A model generated the notes under the pieces. The model saw only the letters and a program-made list of their open reading frames with translations. It did no database searches and was not told the origin of the DNA. DNA of 64,000 bases, from NCBI RefSeq assembly GCF_055900595.2, contig NZ_CM148325.1, one strand, 5' to 3'. The position numbers and the translations under genes are program-made. Below, piece by piece: positions 44,637 to 57,316 of the stretch; the stretch's first letter is position 1; each line of letters begins with the position of its first letter.

Positions 44637-45827
44637 TTATATAGCTGGTGACTCTTTTCGAAGAGCATCAAGGTAGTCAGCGTACCATTGCATCATTTCT
44701 CGTCTTCCTTCAAGGTAACGAGCATGGTTGTATGTACCACGAATGCTGTTTTTGTCCGTATGTGCAAGTTGCATTTCAATCCATGCACTATTGAATCCTT
44801 GCTCGTGTAGAACAGTACTCATTGTATGACGAAATCCATGCCCGGTAGCTTTTTTGTCATAGCCAATCTTCTTCAAAACCATATTGACGCTTGCATCGCT
44901 GATAGGCCTGTTAACATCATTTCTTCCGGCAAAGATGTATCTGTATCTTCCAGTCAGTTCTTTGAGGATTTGCAGAGACTGGATTGCCTGATCTGACAGA
45001 GGGACGATATGCTCCTTCCTCATTTTCATCCGGGTCGGAGGAACTTCCCATATCTTTTGGGTAAAATCGATCTCACACCATTCCCCCATACGTAATTCTA
45101 CTGTTCTCAGCCCTGTGAGCATCAACAATTTTGTAGCTTCACGGGTTACAATACTGCCGGTGTAGTTTTCGAGTTTGTATAAAAACTCTGGTAGTTCAGG
45201 AGGAAGCAGGAAAGGGTAATGTGTTCGCTTATAGCTTTTCATTGCTATAACCAGATCAGAAGCTGGATTGTATCGTGCCCGACCTGTAACAATGGCATAC
45301 CGAAACACTTCACCACATCGTTGGCGAACTTTATTAGCTAGCTCGCAGGCTCCTCGGCTTTCGATACGCTGAAGAACTGCGAGAAGTTCAAGAGGTTCGA
45401 TTTCACTAATGGGTCTGTTTCCAATGTAGGGAAACACATTATTTTTGAATGCTCTGTCGACATAATCAGCGTAGCTGGCAGACCAGCCTGAAACTTTTGC
45501 GTTGTACCACTCGGTGGCGATTGCGGCAAAAGTTCTTCCTTCGGAAAGGTTTTTCTCAAGATTTTCAGCTTTCTTGACTTCACCGGGATCTTTACCATCG
45601 GCATGTATTTTCTTGGCTTCATCCCGACGTTTGCGAGCTTCAGCCAATGTAATAGTTGGATAGGTGCCAAATGATAGTTTCTTTTCCTTCCCCGCATAGT
45701 GGTACTTCATTCGCCAGTACTTTGAGCCGTTAGGATTGACCTGAAGGTAGAGCCCACCACCATCGGCAATCTTATAAATTTTATCTTTGGGTTTGGCTGT
45801 TTCAACTTGTCGAGCTGTCAGTGGCAT
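44637..45827 (-). CDS. P4-type tyrosine integrase adjacent to argW
   Basis: N-terminus MPLTARQVETAKPKDKIYKIADGGGLYLQV, catalytic R..H..R..Y region (HGFRHTMST, RGTYNHARY); ORF frame extends to 45854. Confidence 0.85.
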   Translation of the reverse strand: MPLTARQVETAKPKDKIYKIADGGGLYLQVNPNGSKYWRMKYHYAGKEKKLSFGTYPTITLAEARKRRDEAKKIHADGKDPGEVKKAENLEKNLSEGRTFAAIATEWYNAKVSGWSASYADYVDRAFKNNVFPYIGNRPISEIEPLELLAVLQRIESRGACELANKVRQRCGEVFRYAIVTGRARYNPASDLVIAMKSYKRTHYPFLLPPELPEFLYKLENYTGSIVTREATKLLMLTGLRTVELRMGEWCEIDFTQKIWEVPPTRMKMRKEHIVPLSDQAIQSLQILKELTGRYRYIFAGRNDVNRPISDASVNMVLKKIGYDKKATGHGFRHTMSTVLHEQGFNSAWIEMQLAHTDKNSIRGTYNHARYLEGRREMMQWYADYLDALRKESPAI

Positions 45828-46002
45828 CTGGGGGCCTCGCAATAGATTGACCAAGATGTGCCCCTAAATAGGCCCCCAAATGTGACTTGATTTACGTTCC
45901 CCTGAGGAGAATTAAGGCGACTATTTGAGTAACATAAGTAAGGGTATGTGCTGATTATAAAGGCTTTTTGTGGGGTATGGTAGATTTCAGGAGAGGTGTG
46001 CA

Positions 46003-46077
46003 TGGTGTCCCCTGCAGGAATCGAACCTGCAATTAGCCCTTAGGAGGGGCTCGTTATATCCATTTAACTAAGAGGAC
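46003..46077 (-). tRNA. argW: tRNA-Arg (CCU anticodon)
   Basis: 75-nt sequence GTCCTCTTAGTTAAATGGATATAACGAGCCCCTCCTAAGGGCTAATTGCAGGTTCGATTCCTGCAGGGGACACCA on minus strand. Confidence 0.9.
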
Positions 46078-46152
46078 AATGCGGCATGAGTATACCCGCT
46101 AATGCTCAGCGGGGTAAGTACACTGCCGCTCGATTGCTTAAACCCTCGCCAT

Positions 46153-47085
46153 TTATGCCGGGTTTTTATCATTTTTCTTAATGTTTTCCGCACGTTCTGC
46201 TTTTTGTCGTGCTTCTGCTTTGCGCTTGTTGCTCATGTCGTTACGGATCTGTGCATGACTCATTAACGCGAAGATAAAGGTGCCGCCGCAGATGTTTCCT
46301 GCCAGAGTAGGTAACGCGAAGGGCCAGATGAAATCGCTCCAGTGCAGCGTGCCGTTAAATACCAGATAGAGGATTTCTACAGAACCGACAACGATGTGGG
46401 TGGTGTCTCCGAGGGCGATAAGCCAGGTCATTAATATAATCACTACAATCTTTGCCGCACCCGCTGCAGGAAACATCCATACCATAGTGGCGATCAGCCA
46501 GCCGGAAATGATCGCGTTGGCAAACATCTCACTGGGGGTGTTCTTCATCACATCCATGCCGATTTTTACAAATGCATCGCGAGTTTCTTCATTAAAGATA
46601 GGCATATATTCAAATGCCCACGCCGCAATACCTGTCCCGAGAATATTCCCCAGCAGCACGACGCCCCATAACCGCATAAGTAAGCCGACGTTACTCATTG
46701 TCGGTTTTTGCATGACGGGTAGTACCGCAGTCACGGTGTTTTCGGTAAATAATTGTTGGCGGGCCATAATGACGATAATAAAGCCAAAGGTATAACCGAG
46801 ATTCTCCAGCAAGAAACTGCCCGGCACGCCTTCCAGTTCGACATGAAATATCCCTTTTGCCAGTAGTGAAGCGCCCATCGACAGACCCGCCGCAATGGCT
46901 GACCACAGTAGCGCCATTGCGTCGCGTTCCAGCTCTTTTTCACCATCCTGGCGGATATGTTCATGAATTGCCATCGCCCGGGAGGGGAGTCGGTCTTCAT
47001 CTATTTCTATTTTTTTGCCGCGTTCTTTTTCTTCGCTCTCAACTTCAATTTCGTCGCTGTGTTGATCAATTTTGTCGTTGTCCAT
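46153..47085 (-). CDS. yfdC: Formate/nitrite transporter-family inner membrane protein
   Basis: 310-aa ORF, FNT-like membrane topology; conserved position next to argW. Confidence 0.8.
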   Translation of the reverse strand: MDNDKIDQHSDEIEVESEEKERGKKIEIDEDRLPSRAMAIHEHIRQDGEKELERDAMALLWSAIAAGLSMGASLLAKGIFHVELEGVPGSFLLENLGYTFGFIIVIMARQQLFTENTVTAVLPVMQKPTMSNVGLLMRLWGVVLLGNILGTGIAAWAFEYMPIFNEETRDAFVKIGMDVMKNTPSEMFANAIISGWLIATMVWMFPAAGAAKIVVIILMTWLIALGDTTHIVVGSVEILYLVFNGTLHWSDFIWPFALPTLAGNICGGTFIFALMSHAQIRNDMSNKRKAEARQKAERAENIKKNDKNPA

Positions 47086-47379
47086 GGTCTCTTCTCTTGA
47101 ATTAGCACGTATAGCTAAAGCGTAGCGGCTTTTTTGCTCGCAACTGGCGGGAGTTACTCTGAAAATGTAGAAAAGGCTGTGTTTGCCTTTTTCTGTTTCT
47201 ATAGAATCAAGTAGCCTACAGGGCGTCGATTACCAGGCTATGATCAAATCAGCAAATCAGGGCGTCTGGACATCAGTTGACGTGCTGTTACAATCGCCCA
47301 CACCTAAACAGGCGGATACGGTATCGTTCCGTCATGGATGGCAAACTGCATAAGCCATAAAAAAAACAGGGAGACATTT

Positions 47380-48135
47380 ATGAAGCTTCGCCTGTCGGCG
47401 CTTGCTCTTGGAACTACGCTTCTGGTGGGGTGTGCGAGTTCCGGTACAGATCAGCAAGGGCGTTCTGACCCATTAGAAGGGTTCAACCGCACCATGTACA
47501 ACTTCAACTTCAATGTATTAGACCCGTATATTGTTCGACCGGTCGCAGTCGCCTGGCGTGATTATGTTCCGCAACCGGCGCGTAACGGTTTGAGCAACTT
47601 TACCGGCAACCTTGAAGAACCTGCGGTGATGGTTAACTACTTCTTGCAGGGCGACCCTTATCAGGGGATGGTCCACTTTACCCGCTTTTTCCTGAACACT
47701 ATTTTGGGGATGGGCGGCTTTATTGATGTTGCGGGGATGGCGAACCCGAAACTGCAACGGACTGAACCTCACCGCTTCGGTAGTACGCTTGGTCATTATG
47801 GCGTGGGGTATGGGCCGTACGTACAATTACCGTTCTACGGAAGCTTCACGCTGCGTGATGACGGCGGTGATATGGCGGATGGTCTTTACCCGGTACTTTC
47901 CTGGCTGACCTGGCCGATGTCCGTGGGTAAATGGACGCTTGAAGGTATCGAAACCCGTGCGCAACTGCTGGATTCCGACGGCCTGCTGCGTCAGTCGTCC
48001 GACCCATACATTATGGTGCGCGAAGCGTACTTCCAGCGTCATGATTTCATCGCCAATGGCGGCGAACTCAAACCGCAGGAAAACCCGAACGCGCAAGCGA
48101 TTCAGGATGAGTTAAAAGATATCGATTCTGAATAA
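47380..48135 (+). CDS. mlaA: Outer-membrane lipoprotein MlaA (VacJ)
   Basis: MKLRLSALALGTTLLVGCAS lipobox, conserved MlaA body. Confidence 0.85.
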   Translation: MKLRLSALALGTTLLVGCASSGTDQQGRSDPLEGFNRTMYNFNFNVLDPYIVRPVAVAWRDYVPQPARNGLSNFTGNLEEPAVMVNYFLQGDPYQGMVHFTRFFLNTILGMGGFIDVAGMANPKLQRTEPHRFGSTLGHYGVGYGPYVQLPFYGSFTLRDDGGDMADGLYPVLSWLTWPMSVGKWTLEGIETRAQLLDSDGLLRQSSDPYIMVREAYFQRHDFIANGGELKPQENPNAQAIQDELKDIDSE

Positions 48136-48148
48136 GAAACAAATAAAA

Positions 48149-48180
48149 AGGTGAGTCGCAAAACTCACCTTTTTTGTTGT
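48149..48180 (+). terminator. Rho-independent terminator after mlaA
   Basis: AGGTGAGT-CGCAAA-ACTCACCT + TTTTT. Confidence 0.65.
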
Positions 48181-48314
48181 TATCCCTCAATTACCACAAG
48201 TAAAAGGAGACAAACCGACAATGACCCGGACGAATTATGTAAAAATACTGATGTTCGTCACTGACTGTTTCCGATATTCAGACGTTGAAAAATCAAAAAA
48301 CTGGACAAATAATT

Positions 48315-49514
48315 TTAATTATCATCAAAATTAACACCCAACGCAGAGAGTTGTTTAATTTCACTTTGATATTTCATCTGGCGATTTTGAAGTCTTTTTT
48401 CAACTTTATCTTCGATTTCCTTAAACTGTTTATATTCATTTTGAGAGTTGTCAACGTCAACTTCGTTAGCGAATAAAGTAGAAATTATTTCTTTTACATT
48501 ATCGCGTCTAAATTTTGCATCGTCCACTTGAAAATTGTATCTTATTGCTCGACCTAAACGTTTAAAAACTTCGTTAGGTTCTCTCAGTCTTTCCCCGTTG
48601 AGCTCGTTTACAACCTGATGATCGGAACCTGTTGCAAATGACTCTGCCATGATAGCTTTACTGCTTTCAAACCACGCTGAAGCTTTCCTGGCGTTTTCAC
48701 TACAATATTGGGTGAGACTATCACCATTAATACGAATTCCTCTTTGAATGTGGTAGTCGTCCTGATCGTAGTAACCGAGAGATAAGTAATCATTTCCGTT
48801 TTTATTTTTAATTACAATAGCGAGAGAGTCGCCTTTTTTATCTTTACCGTACCAGGTAAATAAGTCCGTTGGTTCGCTTTTCCCGCTCTCATCAAATTTC
48901 GTTACCGTATGTCTGAGTTTGTGCGATATTTTATCGAAGATAAAACCAGGATTTCCATCATATATTTCTTTTATTGCGCTGAAGATCATTTCCTTGTTAT
49001 GGATATCATGAGTATTCTCTACTACATTTTTACTGATGATGGTTTGACCGACTTTTTTGTTTTCATCGTTCGCAGGTGATTTTGTTGGTTCTTGATTATG
49101 AATACCAATAATACCATCATCAGTATATTCAGCATTATTTATATCATCATGAGTCTTCTCAACTATGTTGTCATTAATGATAGTACGGACGAGTTCTTTG
49201 TCTTTATAGTTCGCAGATAATTTTATTGGTTCTTGGTTGTTGATACCAATAGTAATATAGTCTGTATCATTGGAGCCAATATCAATATAAGTAACTGAGG
49301 AATTATTGATAATTATTCTATCAAGTTCACCGGTTCCTCGTATGGCATTTTTTATAAGCTCAAGTAGATGTTTAATACAGGTACTTATTCCTTCCTTGCC
49401 ATTAAAAAGGTTTTTGAACTCTTGTACTAATCCATTAACTTCATTATTGTTATTTTCATTGGTGGATTCTGTGTAAGTAGGGCAGGTATTGTTGATTGAA
49501 ACAGCTGGTAGCAT
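48315..49514 (-). CDS. yfdF: AT-rich hypothetical protein at the yfdF position
   Basis: 399-aa ORF between mlaA and fadL; assignment by synteny only. Confidence 0.5.
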   Translation of the reverse strand: MLPAVSINNTCPTYTESTNENNNNEVNGLVQEFKNLFNGKEGISTCIKHLLELIKNAIRGTGELDRIIINNSSVTYIDIGSNDTDYITIGINNQEPIKLSANYKDKELVRTIINDNIVEKTHDDINNAEYTDDGIIGIHNQEPTKSPANDENKKVGQTIISKNVVENTHDIHNKEMIFSAIKEIYDGNPGFIFDKISHKLRHTVTKFDESGKSEPTDLFTWYGKDKKGDSLAIVIKNKNGNDYLSLGYYDQDDYHIQRGIRINGDSLTQYCSENARKASAWFESSKAIMAESFATGSDHQVVNELNGERLREPNEVFKRLGRAIRYNFQVDDAKFRRDNVKEIISTLFANEVDVDNSQNEYKQFKEIEDKVEKRLQNRQMKYQSEIKQLSALGVNFDDN

Positions 49515-49889
49515 GATTTTATTCCACGTTGATTGATTTGTTGCAAATATATATTACCTAATAAAATAGACTATCAAAAAACGCTCATTTATTTAGAACC
49601 TATCTTTAATTTGAGTGTATGAGCGCATAATAGCCAGGGTGGTTTGAGTATCCTGGAAATTCAGAAAAGTAAACTCATTGAGAAGGACGAGCAGAATGCC
49701 TGATAATCTGTCTTTCCCTTCAGGCCTGTTTGTGGATAACGCTTACAGATTTGCAAGGGCAAGCTGACATCAGGCTGTTTGCAAAATTGTCTTATCTCAG
49801 GAGGCAAGCAATGAGGAAACAACTTTCGGTGAAGAGAGGGAGTTAAAGCCACCTGCTATGCAGGTGACTTTAACCCGGTAAACGCGTTA

Positions 49890-51230
49890 TCAGAATGCGT
49901 AGTTAAAGTTCGTCCCGAACAGCCAGGCTTTACCTTCAGACTCGAACTGATATGGCCCTTCGTTAATTTTCACGCTCTGGCCGTGCATATAAGAAACACC
50001 AACGTCGACTGAAGCATCTTTATTAAATGCGTAAGTCGTACCTGCACTCAGCCAGAAACGGTCCTGGTCCGGAATGGAGATAGAACGATTCTGTGCCGGA
50101 ACTGGGCTGTCATCGAAGGCGATACCGGTACGGAAGGTCCAGTTATCATCGTAGTAATAAGTGGTACCCAACGCGATGCGGTAAGCATCTTTAAAGCCTT
50201 CATGTTTCTGGAACAGCGTGTCGCCACTCGTTGATGTCGCTTTCAGTTGCTGGAACTGACTCCAGCTGGTGTAAGCCAGGCTATAGTGAATTGCCCACTG
50301 CGGATCAACACGGTTATAACCCGACACTTCCCACATTTCAGGCAGGTTCAGCGTCAGATAACCCGACTGCGTTGCGCCACCTGTCGCGGTAGGAATTGGC
50401 AAACCGTAGTTATTAAAAGCCGGGTTAAGATCGCTGCTGTAGTTACCCTTGAAGTCAATTTTCACTTCAGAGCGGTAGGTCAATGCGTAGCGGTTGTTTT
50501 TATCCAGTTCGTACAGGATCCCGGCGTTCCAGCCAAAGCCCCACTGGTTACCGTTCAGGTGAGCGATTTTGGTATTACTGTCGATGCCGTTGGCGGTAGC
50601 TGCTAATGCTTGCCCCTGAGGAGTCTGCCAAGCAGGAGATTGCTTAATCTGACCAGCCACCAGTTGCCCCAGATCGCCTGCAAAACGTTCAATTTTCGCA
50701 CGAGCGTAGACGGCGTTGAAACCGAGACCAAAGCTCCATGCATTATTTAAGCGATACGCACCGCTTAAGTTCAGGTTCATGGTTTCAAGGTCGGTGGTAC
50801 CACCGACAGAACCGCCTGCATAAGTATCGTTAAACTCTGTTGCCAGGCCATAGTTAGAGGTAATAGAAGCCCCCCAACCAAATTGGTCGTTAATCGGTGC
50901 AACAAAGTGCATGTTCGGAACCCATGCCGTAGGCGCGATATTATCGGCTTTCAGGCTACGACCAGACGGAGACGTTCCGCTGATATTTACGTCCGGATCT
51001 ATATAAACCGCACCCGCAGAAAATGTCGGGCGGTCAAACATGGTAATCAACGCGGGGTTACGGCTGACGTTACCTGCATCATCGGCAATAGCGCCTTCCC
51101 CTGAATAAGCCCGGCCCAGGCCAGAGGAAGAAAATTCGTTTAACTGAAAGCCTGCCGACCAGGCCTGGGTGGAGATAAGTGCCACTGCGACTGCGATAGC
51201 AGACTTTGTAAACAGGGTTTTCTGGCTCAT
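49890..51230 (-). CDS. fadL: Long-chain fatty acid outer-membrane transporter
   Basis: [26 protein letters not shown] signal; ends in aromatic residue. Confidence 0.9.
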   Translation of the reverse strand: MSQKTLFTKSAIAVAVALISTQAWSAGFQLNEFSSSGLGRAYSGEGAIADDAGNVSRNPALITMFDRPTFSAGAVYIDPDVNISGTSPSGRSLKADNIAPTAWVPNMHFVAPINDQFGWGASITSNYGLATEFNDTYAGGSVGGTTDLETMNLNLSGAYRLNNAWSFGLGFNAVYARAKIERFAGDLGQLVAGQIKQSPAWQTPQGQALAATANGIDSNTKIAHLNGNQWGFGWNAGILYELDKNNRYALTYRSEVKIDFKGNYSSDLNPAFNNYGLPIPTATGGATQSGYLTLNLPEMWEVSGYNRVDPQWAIHYSLAYTSWSQFQQLKATSTSGDTLFQKHEGFKDAYRIALGTTYYYDDNWTFRTGIAFDDSPVPAQNRSISIPDQDRFWLSAGTTYAFNKDASVDVGVSYMHGQSVKINEGPYQFESEGKAWLFGTNFNYAF

Positions 51231-51601
51231 GACCATAACCTCAATGATTTATTTTTATACAAACTATGTTACGTACTGTAACAGGAGCGCGAAGTGTAGG
51301 GTCTGAGGTACATCTTAGAAATCAGACCAGTGGCGAGAGTATAGGTCGGACCAGATGGAATGTTGCAAGTATGTTTCTATATTTTTTCAAATATGATCTA
51401 AGAAACGCGATCCAGCTGGCAAAATTTGGAGGTGGCGCACTCATGGATTCGGGTGAATTTTGTTTTAGATCATTTTTAAGTGTGATTTCGGTCACTTATC
51501 CGATTTTGCAGAATTAACAACTGGAGCAGTACTTTCCGGAAGCGTAAAATATCCCCAACGTTTATCTGGCACCTTAGGTGCACATACAGAGGAAATCAAC
51601 G

Positions 51602-51886
51602 ATGAGTAAATGTAGTGCTGATGAAACCCCGGTTTGCTGCTGTATGGATGTTGGCACCATTATGGACAACTCCGACTGCACCGCGTCTTACAGCCGCGTG
51701 TTTGCAAACCGCGCAGAAGCAGAACAAACGCTGGCGGCGCTGACTGAAAAAGCCCGTAGCGTGGAATCCGAACCTTGCAAAATCACCCCGACTTTCACTG
51801 AAGAGTCTGACGGTGTGCGCCTGGATATCGATTTCACTTTTGCCTGCGAAGCTGAAATGTTGATCTTCCAGCTGGGTCTGCGTTAA
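51602..51886 (+). CDS. yfcZ: YfcZ (UPF0381) small protein
   Basis: 94-aa ORF MSKCSADETPVCCCMDVG... Confidence 0.8.
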   Translation: MSKCSADETPVCCCMDVGTIMDNSDCTASYSRVFANRAEAEQTLAALTEKARSVESEPCKITPTFTEESDGVRLDIDFTFACEAEMLIFQLGLR

Positions 51887-51902
51887 TTCCTCTCGGGTAT
51901 AT

Positions 51903-51940
51903 ACGCCCCTGTCAGTTCCTGGCGGGGGCGTTTTTATTTT
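51903..51940 (+). terminator. Putative terminator after yfcZ
   Basis: GC-rich stem ACGCCCC/GGGGCGT followed by TTTTTATTTT. Confidence 0.45.
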
Positions 51941-52067
51941 CTCTTCCTCTTTTCTCTCTGTGTCATAGCTCCCACTTTCCTTTTTCTCCACTTGGCTAAA
52001 TGTAAAAAAATGGTTAAGACTATGATCAGGTCAGACCACTTTATTTATTTTTTTACAGGGGAGTGTT

Positions 52068-53378
52068 ATGGGTCAGGTTTTACCGCTGATTACCCGCCAG
52101 GGCGATCGTATCGCCATTGTTAGCGGCTTACGTACGCCTTTTGCCCGTCAGGCGACGGCTTTTCATGGCATTCCCGCTGTTGATTTGGGGAAGATGGTCG
52201 TAGGCGAATTGCTGGCACGCAGCGAGATCCCCGCCGAAGTGATTGAACAACTGGTTTTTGGTCAGGTCGTACAAATGCCTGAAGCCCCCAACATTGCGCG
52301 TGAAATTGTTCTTGGCACCGGAATGAATGTCCATACCGATGCTTACAGCGTCAGCCGCGCTTGTGCTACCAGTTTTCAGGCGGTTGCAAACGTCGCCGAA
52401 AGCCTGATGGCGGGAACTATTCGTGCGGGGATTGCCGGCGGGGCAGATTCCTCTTCCGTATTGCCCATTGGTGTTAGTAAAAAACTGGCGCGCGTGTTGG
52501 TGGATGTCAACAAAGCCCGCACGATGAGCCAACGACTGAAACTTTTTTCTCGCCTGCGTTTGCGTGACTTAATGCCCGTACCGCCTGCGGTGGCGGAGTA
52601 TTCCACAGGCTTGCGGATGGGCGACACCGCCGAACAAATGGCGAAAACCTACGGTATTACTCGCGAACAGCAAGATGCGCTGGCGCACCGTTCACATCAG
52701 CGTGCTGCTCAGGCATGGTCAGAAGGTAAACTCAAAGAAGAGGTAATGACCGCCTACGTTCCTCCTTATAAACAACCGCTCGCGGAAGACAACAATATTC
52801 GCGGCAATTCCACGCTTGCTGATTACGCAAAGCTGCGTCCGGCGTTTGATCGCAAACACGGGACGGTAACGGCAGCAAACAGTACGCCGCTGACCGATGG
52901 CGCAGCGGCGGTGATCCTGATGACTGAATCACGGGCGAAAGAATTGGGCCTGGTGCCGCTGGGATATCTGCGTAGCTACGCATTTACCGCTATTGATGTC
53001 TGGCAGGACATGTTGCTCGGCCCGGCCTGGTCAACGCCGCTGGCGCTGGAACGCGCTGGATTGACGATGGCCGATCTGACATTGATTGACATGCACGAAG
53101 CCTTTGCCGCCCAGACGCTGGCTAATATTCAGTTGCTTGGCAGCGAACGTTTTGCGCGCGACGTACTGGGGCGTTCCCATGCTACTGGTGAAGTGGACGA
53201 TAGTAAGTTTAACGTGCTTGGTGGTTCCATTGCGTACGGGCATCCCTTCGCAGCGACTGGAGCGCGGATGATTACCCAGACATTGCATGAGCTTCGCCGT
53301 CGCGGCGGTGGATTTGGTTTAGTGACCGCCTGTGCTGCGGGTGGGCTTGGTGCGGCAATGGTTCTGGAGGCGGAATAA
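52068..53378 (+). CDS. fadI: 3-ketoacyl-CoA thiolase (anaerobic beta-oxidation)
   Basis: 436-aa thiolase. Confidence 0.9.
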   Translation: MGQVLPLITRQGDRIAIVSGLRTPFARQATAFHGIPAVDLGKMVVGELLARSEIPAEVIEQLVFGQVVQMPEAPNIAREIVLGTGMNVHTDAYSVSRACATSFQAVANVAESLMAGTIRAGIAGGADSSSVLPIGVSKKLARVLVDVNKARTMSQRLKLFSRLRLRDLMPVPPAVAEYSTGLRMGDTAEQMAKTYGITREQQDALAHRSHQRAAQAWSEGKLKEEVMTAYVPPYKQPLAEDNNIRGNSTLADYAKLRPAFDRKHGTVTAANSTPLTDGAAAVILMTESRAKELGLVPLGYLRSYAFTAIDVWQDMLLGPAWSTPLALERAGLTMADLTLIDMHEAFAAQTLANIQLLGSERFARDVLGRSHATGEVDDSKFNVLGGSIAYGHPFAATGARMITQTLHELRRRGGGFGLVTACAAGGLGAAMVLEAE

Positions 53379-55522
53379 TGGAAATGGCATCAGCTTTTAC
53401 TCTTAATGTTCGTCTGGACAACATTGCAGTCATCACCATCGACGTTCCCGGTGAGAAAATGAATACCCTGAAGGCGGAGTTTGCCTCGCAGGTGCGCACC
53501 ATTATTAAGCAACTTCGCGAAAACAAAGAATTACGTGGAGTTGTATTTATCTCAGCGAAACCGGACAACTTTATCGCCGGAGCAGACATCAACATGATCG
53601 GCAACTGCAAAACGGCGCAAGAAGCGGAAGAGCTGGCGCGGCAGGGGCAACAGTTAATGGCGGAGATTCATGCTCTGCCTGTTCCGGTTATCGCGGCTAT
53701 TCATGGCGCTTGCCTGGGGGGCGGGCTGGAACTGGCACTGGCGTGTCATGACCGCGTCTGCAGTGACGATCCTAAAACGGTGCTTGGCTTGCCGGAAGTT
53801 CAGCTTGGATTATTGCCAGGTTCAGGCGGTACTCAGCGTTTGCCGCGCCTCATTGGCGTCAGCACCGCGCTGGAGATGATCCTCACAGGCAAGCAACTAC
53901 GGGCAAAGCAGGCTTTAAAACTGGGGCTGGTGGATGATGTCGTTCCGCACTCTATTTTACTGGAATCCGCCGTTGAGTTGGCAAAGCAGGATCGACTATC
54001 TTCCCGCCCGCTACCTGTACGCGAGCGCATTCTGGCGGGGCCGCTAGGTCGTGCACTGTTGTTCAAAATGGTCGGCAAGAAAACAGAGCAGAAAACTCAG
54101 GGGAACTATCCGGCGACAAAACGCATTCTTGAAGTCATCGAAACCGGATTAGCGCAAGGCACCAGTAGCGGCTATGACGCGGAAGCCCGTGCCTTTGGTG
54201 AACTGGCGATGACACCACAATCGCAGGCTCTGCGTAGTATCTTTTTTGCCAGTACCGAAGTGAAGAAAGATCCGGGCAGTGATGCTCCGCCCGCGCCGTT
54301 AAATAGCGTAGGGATTTTAGGTGGTGGCTTGATGGGGGGCGGTATTGCTTATGTTACTGCTTGTAAAGCGGGCTTGCCGGTCAGAATTAAAGATATCAAC
54401 CCGCAGGGCATAAATCATGCATTGAAGTACAGCTGGGATCAGTTGGAGGGCAAAGTGCGCCGCCGACATCTCAAAGCCAGCGAACGTGACAAACAGCTGG
54501 CATTAATTTCGGGAACAACGGATTATCGCGGCTTTGCCCATCGTGACTTAATTATTGAAGCGGTGTTTGAAAATCTCGAATTAAAACAAAAGATGGTGGC
54601 GGAAGTAGAGGAAAATTGCGCCACTCATACCATCTTCGCTTCGAATACGTCATCTTTACCAATTAGTGATATTGCCGCTCACGCCTCGCGACCGGAGCTG
54701 GTTATCGGTCTTCATTTCTTCAGCCCGGTAGAAAAAATGCCGCTGGTGGAGATCATTCCTCATACGGGGACCTCGGCGCAAACCATCGCTACAACGGTAA
54801 AACTGGCGAAAAAACAGGGAAAAACACCAATTGTTGTGCGTGACAAAGCCGGGTTTTATGTCAATCGCATTTTAGCGCCTTACATCAATGAAGCTATCCG
54901 CATGTTGACTGAAGGTGAACGGGTTGAGCATATCGATGCCGCACTGGTCAAGTTTGGTTTTCCGGTGGGACCAATCCAACTTTTGGATGAGGTAGGAATC
55001 GACACCGGGACTAAAATTATTCCTGTACTGGAAGCCGCTTATGGAGAACGTTTTAGCGCGCCTGCAAATGTTGTTTCTTCAATTTTGAATGATGATCGCA
55101 AAGGCAGAAAAAATGGTCGGGGTTTCTATCTTTATGGGCCGAAAGGGCGTAAAAGCAAAAAACAGGTCGATCCTGCTATTTATCCGCTGATTGGCGCGCA
55201 AGGGCAGGGGCGACTCTCCGCACCGCAGGTTGCTGAACGGTGTGTGATGATGATGCTGAATGAAGCTGTACGTTGTCTGGACGAGCAGGTTATCCGTAGC
55301 GTGCGTGACGGGGATATCGGCGCGGTATTTGGAATTGGGTTTCCGCCGTTTCTCGGTGGCCCATTTCGCTATATCGACGCTCTCGGTGCGGCAGAAGTGG
55401 TTGCAATAATGCAACGTCTGACCGCGCGGTACGGTTCTCGTTTTACCCCTTGCGATCGTTTAGTTGAGATGAGCGAACGTGGGGAAAGTTTTTGGAAAAC
55501 AACTGCAACTGACCTGCAATAA
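53378..55522 (+). CDS. fadJ: Multifunctional enoyl-CoA hydratase / 3-hydroxyacyl-CoA dehydrogenase
   Basis: 714-aa ORF, crotonase N-domain and NAD-binding [10 protein letters not shown]. Confidence 0.9.
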   Translation: MEMASAFTLNVRLDNIAVITIDVPGEKMNTLKAEFASQVRTIIKQLRENKELRGVVFISAKPDNFIAGADINMIGNCKTAQEAEELARQGQQLMAEIHALPVPVIAAIHGACLGGGLELALACHDRVCSDDPKTVLGLPEVQLGLLPGSGGTQRLPRLIGVSTALEMILTGKQLRAKQALKLGLVDDVVPHSILLESAVELAKQDRLSSRPLPVRERILAGPLGRALLFKMVGKKTEQKTQGNYPATKRILEVIETGLAQGTSSGYDAEARAFGELAMTPQSQALRSIFFASTEVKKDPGSDAPPAPLNSVGILGGGLMGGGIAYVTACKAGLPVRIKDINPQGINHALKYSWDQLEGKVRRRHLKASERDKQLALISGTTDYRGFAHRDLIIEAVFENLELKQKMVAEVEENCATHTIFASNTSSLPISDIAAHASRPELVIGLHFFSPVEKMPLVEIIPHTGTSAQTIATTVKLAKKQGKTPIVVRDKAGFYVNRILAPYINEAIRMLTEGERVEHIDAALVKFGFPVGPIQLLDEVGIDTGTKIIPVLEAAYGERFSAPANVVSSILNDDRKGRKNGRGFYLYGPKGRKSKKQVDPAIYPLIGAQGQGRLSAPQVAERCVMMMLNEAVRCLDEQVIRSVRDGDIGAVFGIGFPPFLGGPFRYIDALGAAEVVAIMQRLTARYGSRFTPCDRLVEMSERGESFWKTTATDLQ

Positions 55523-55724
55523 GAAGGTCAAAGTTATATGAATCCGCGCTGAATGGCGGAGCGTTGGTCAAAATGTAAACGCATATTGACTATACTTACG
55601 CCATTGAGGTAAAAAACAGCGTTTCATTCGGTGAATGGATAAGGCACAATGCCGGCCACCGTCGTGTTTCTCTGGTTTCAGATGAAACACGACGGGCGAA
55701 TCTGGTTAACAAAAGCGGTGCAAT

Positions 55725-56210
55725 ATGCAAGTTTTTATCATGCGTCACGGCGACGCAGCCCTCGATGCCGCCAGTGATTCGGTTCGTCCTCTGACCACTA
55801 ATGGTTGTGACGAATCTCGCCTGATGGCGAACTGGCTGAAAGGTCAAAAAGTGGAAATCGAACGTGTTCTGGTGAGCCCGTTCCTGCGAGCCGAGCAAAC
55901 ACTGGAAGAAGTGGCGGATTGTATGGACCTGCCTTCCAGCGTAGAAGTTCTGCCTGAGCTAACGCCCTGTGGCGATGTTGGTCTGGTCAGTGCGTATCTC
56001 CAGGCACTGACCAACGAAGGTGTCGAATCGGTACTGGTTATCTCCCACTTACCATTAGTCGGGTATCTGGTTGCCGAGTTATGTCCGGGCGAAACGCCGC
56101 CTATGTTTACCACTTCAGCGATTGCCAGCGTAACACTTGATGAAAGTGGAAACGGCCAATTCAACTGGCAGATGAGCCCGTGTAATCTGAAGATGGCAAA
56201 AGCAATTTAA
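55725..56210 (+). CDS. sixA: Phosphohistidine phosphatase SixA
   Basis: 161-aa ORF, RHG motif (MRHGDA). Confidence 0.9.
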   Translation: MQVFIMRHGDAALDAASDSVRPLTTNGCDESRLMANWLKGQKVEIERVLVSPFLRAEQTLEEVADCMDLPSSVEVLPELTPCGDVGLVSAYLQALTNEGVESVLVISHLPLVGYLVAELCPGETPPMFTTSAIASVTLDESGNGQFNWQMSPCNLKMAKAI

Positions 56211-56221
56211 AAGCTCATATG

Positions 56222-56257
56222 CCCGGTTGCGTACGCGTATACCGGGCAAATTTTTTC
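56222..56257 (+). terminator. Rho-independent terminator after sixA
   Basis: CCCGGT...ACCGGG stem followed by TTTTTT. Confidence 0.6.
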
Positions 56258-56755
56258 TGTCCTAATTGTGAATATATTTTACATATCACGAATTTTATTA
56301 TCTTTCTTGTTATTGAATATTGTAATAACACAGTGGAATAATGGTTTTGTATCTTGAATATAAATTAATTAATTTAATCAAGAATGAATCTTAGCAATAA
56401 ATAAATGCAAAATCATTATAAATTCTTTTAGTGGTTTTTATATCCAATTCATTCATATTAGTTATGAAATTTTTCTTTTTTTTGATGGCGCGCATGTATT
56501 TTTATTGAAAATCGAGAGGGATATTCTGGTTGTGTATTGATTAATTAAATCTACATAAGTGTTTAAGCATTACTACATTGATTGTTCTTAAAGATAAGAC
56601 CAACATAACGACACACCAGAGAATATCTGTTTACATTCTATGATTATTTGGGACATATGATGTTCAATGGTTAACTAAAAGCGTCAGACATAATATATAC
56701 AATAATATTATGTCAGTTGCTTGTATTATACATTTTAATGATTTAAGGACAAATA

Positions 56756-57316
56756 ATGAGTAAGTTTGCCAAAACAGCCATTGCTGCCGCAATGGTGATG
56801 GGCGCAGTTGTCTCCGCGTCAGCATTTGCTGCAGGCAACAACGGTACTGCACGTTTCTACGGCACCATTGAAGACTCCCCGTGCTCTATCGTTCCAGACG
56901 ATCACAAACTGGAAGTGGATTTAGGTAACATCGGTGCCGAAGTACTGAAAAACAACGGGACCACCACGCCGAAAGATTTTCAGATTCGTTTGCAGGACTG
57001 CGTATTTGATACCCAAACGAACATGGAAACGACGTTCACCGGTAACGTTTCTACGGGAAACGAGAATTACTACACCATTTTTAATACCGATACAGGTGCT
57101 GCGTTTAACAATGTAAGCCTGGCGATTGGTGATAAGCAAGGTACTTCCTATAAAAGCGGTGCTGGCATTAAACAGGCGATCGTAAATGACTCAGCAACCA
57201 ATAAAGGCAAACCTAAACAGACTCTGAACTTCAAAGCCTGGTTAGTCGGTGCGACGGGTACGCCTGACCTGGGTGGTTTTGAAGCGAATACCACTTTCCA
57301 GATTACCTATCTCTAA
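56756..57316 (+). CDS. yfcV: Fimbrial major subunit (chaperone-usher family)
   Basis: 186-aa ORF with signal peptide. Confidence 0.8.
   Translation: MSKFAKTAIAAAMVMGAVVSASAFAAGNNGTARFYGTIEDSPCSIVPDDHKLEVDLGNIGAEVLKNNGTTTPKDFQIRLQDCVFDTQTNMETTFTGNVSTGNENYYTIFNTDTGAAFNNVSLAIGDKQGTSYKSGAGIKQAIVNDSATNKGKPKQTLNFKAWLVGATGTPDLGGFEANTTFQITYL

Noticed and set aside
46394..47105. Plus-strand ORFs overlapping yfdC
   Set aside because: Antisense to the conserved yfdC membrane protein gene.
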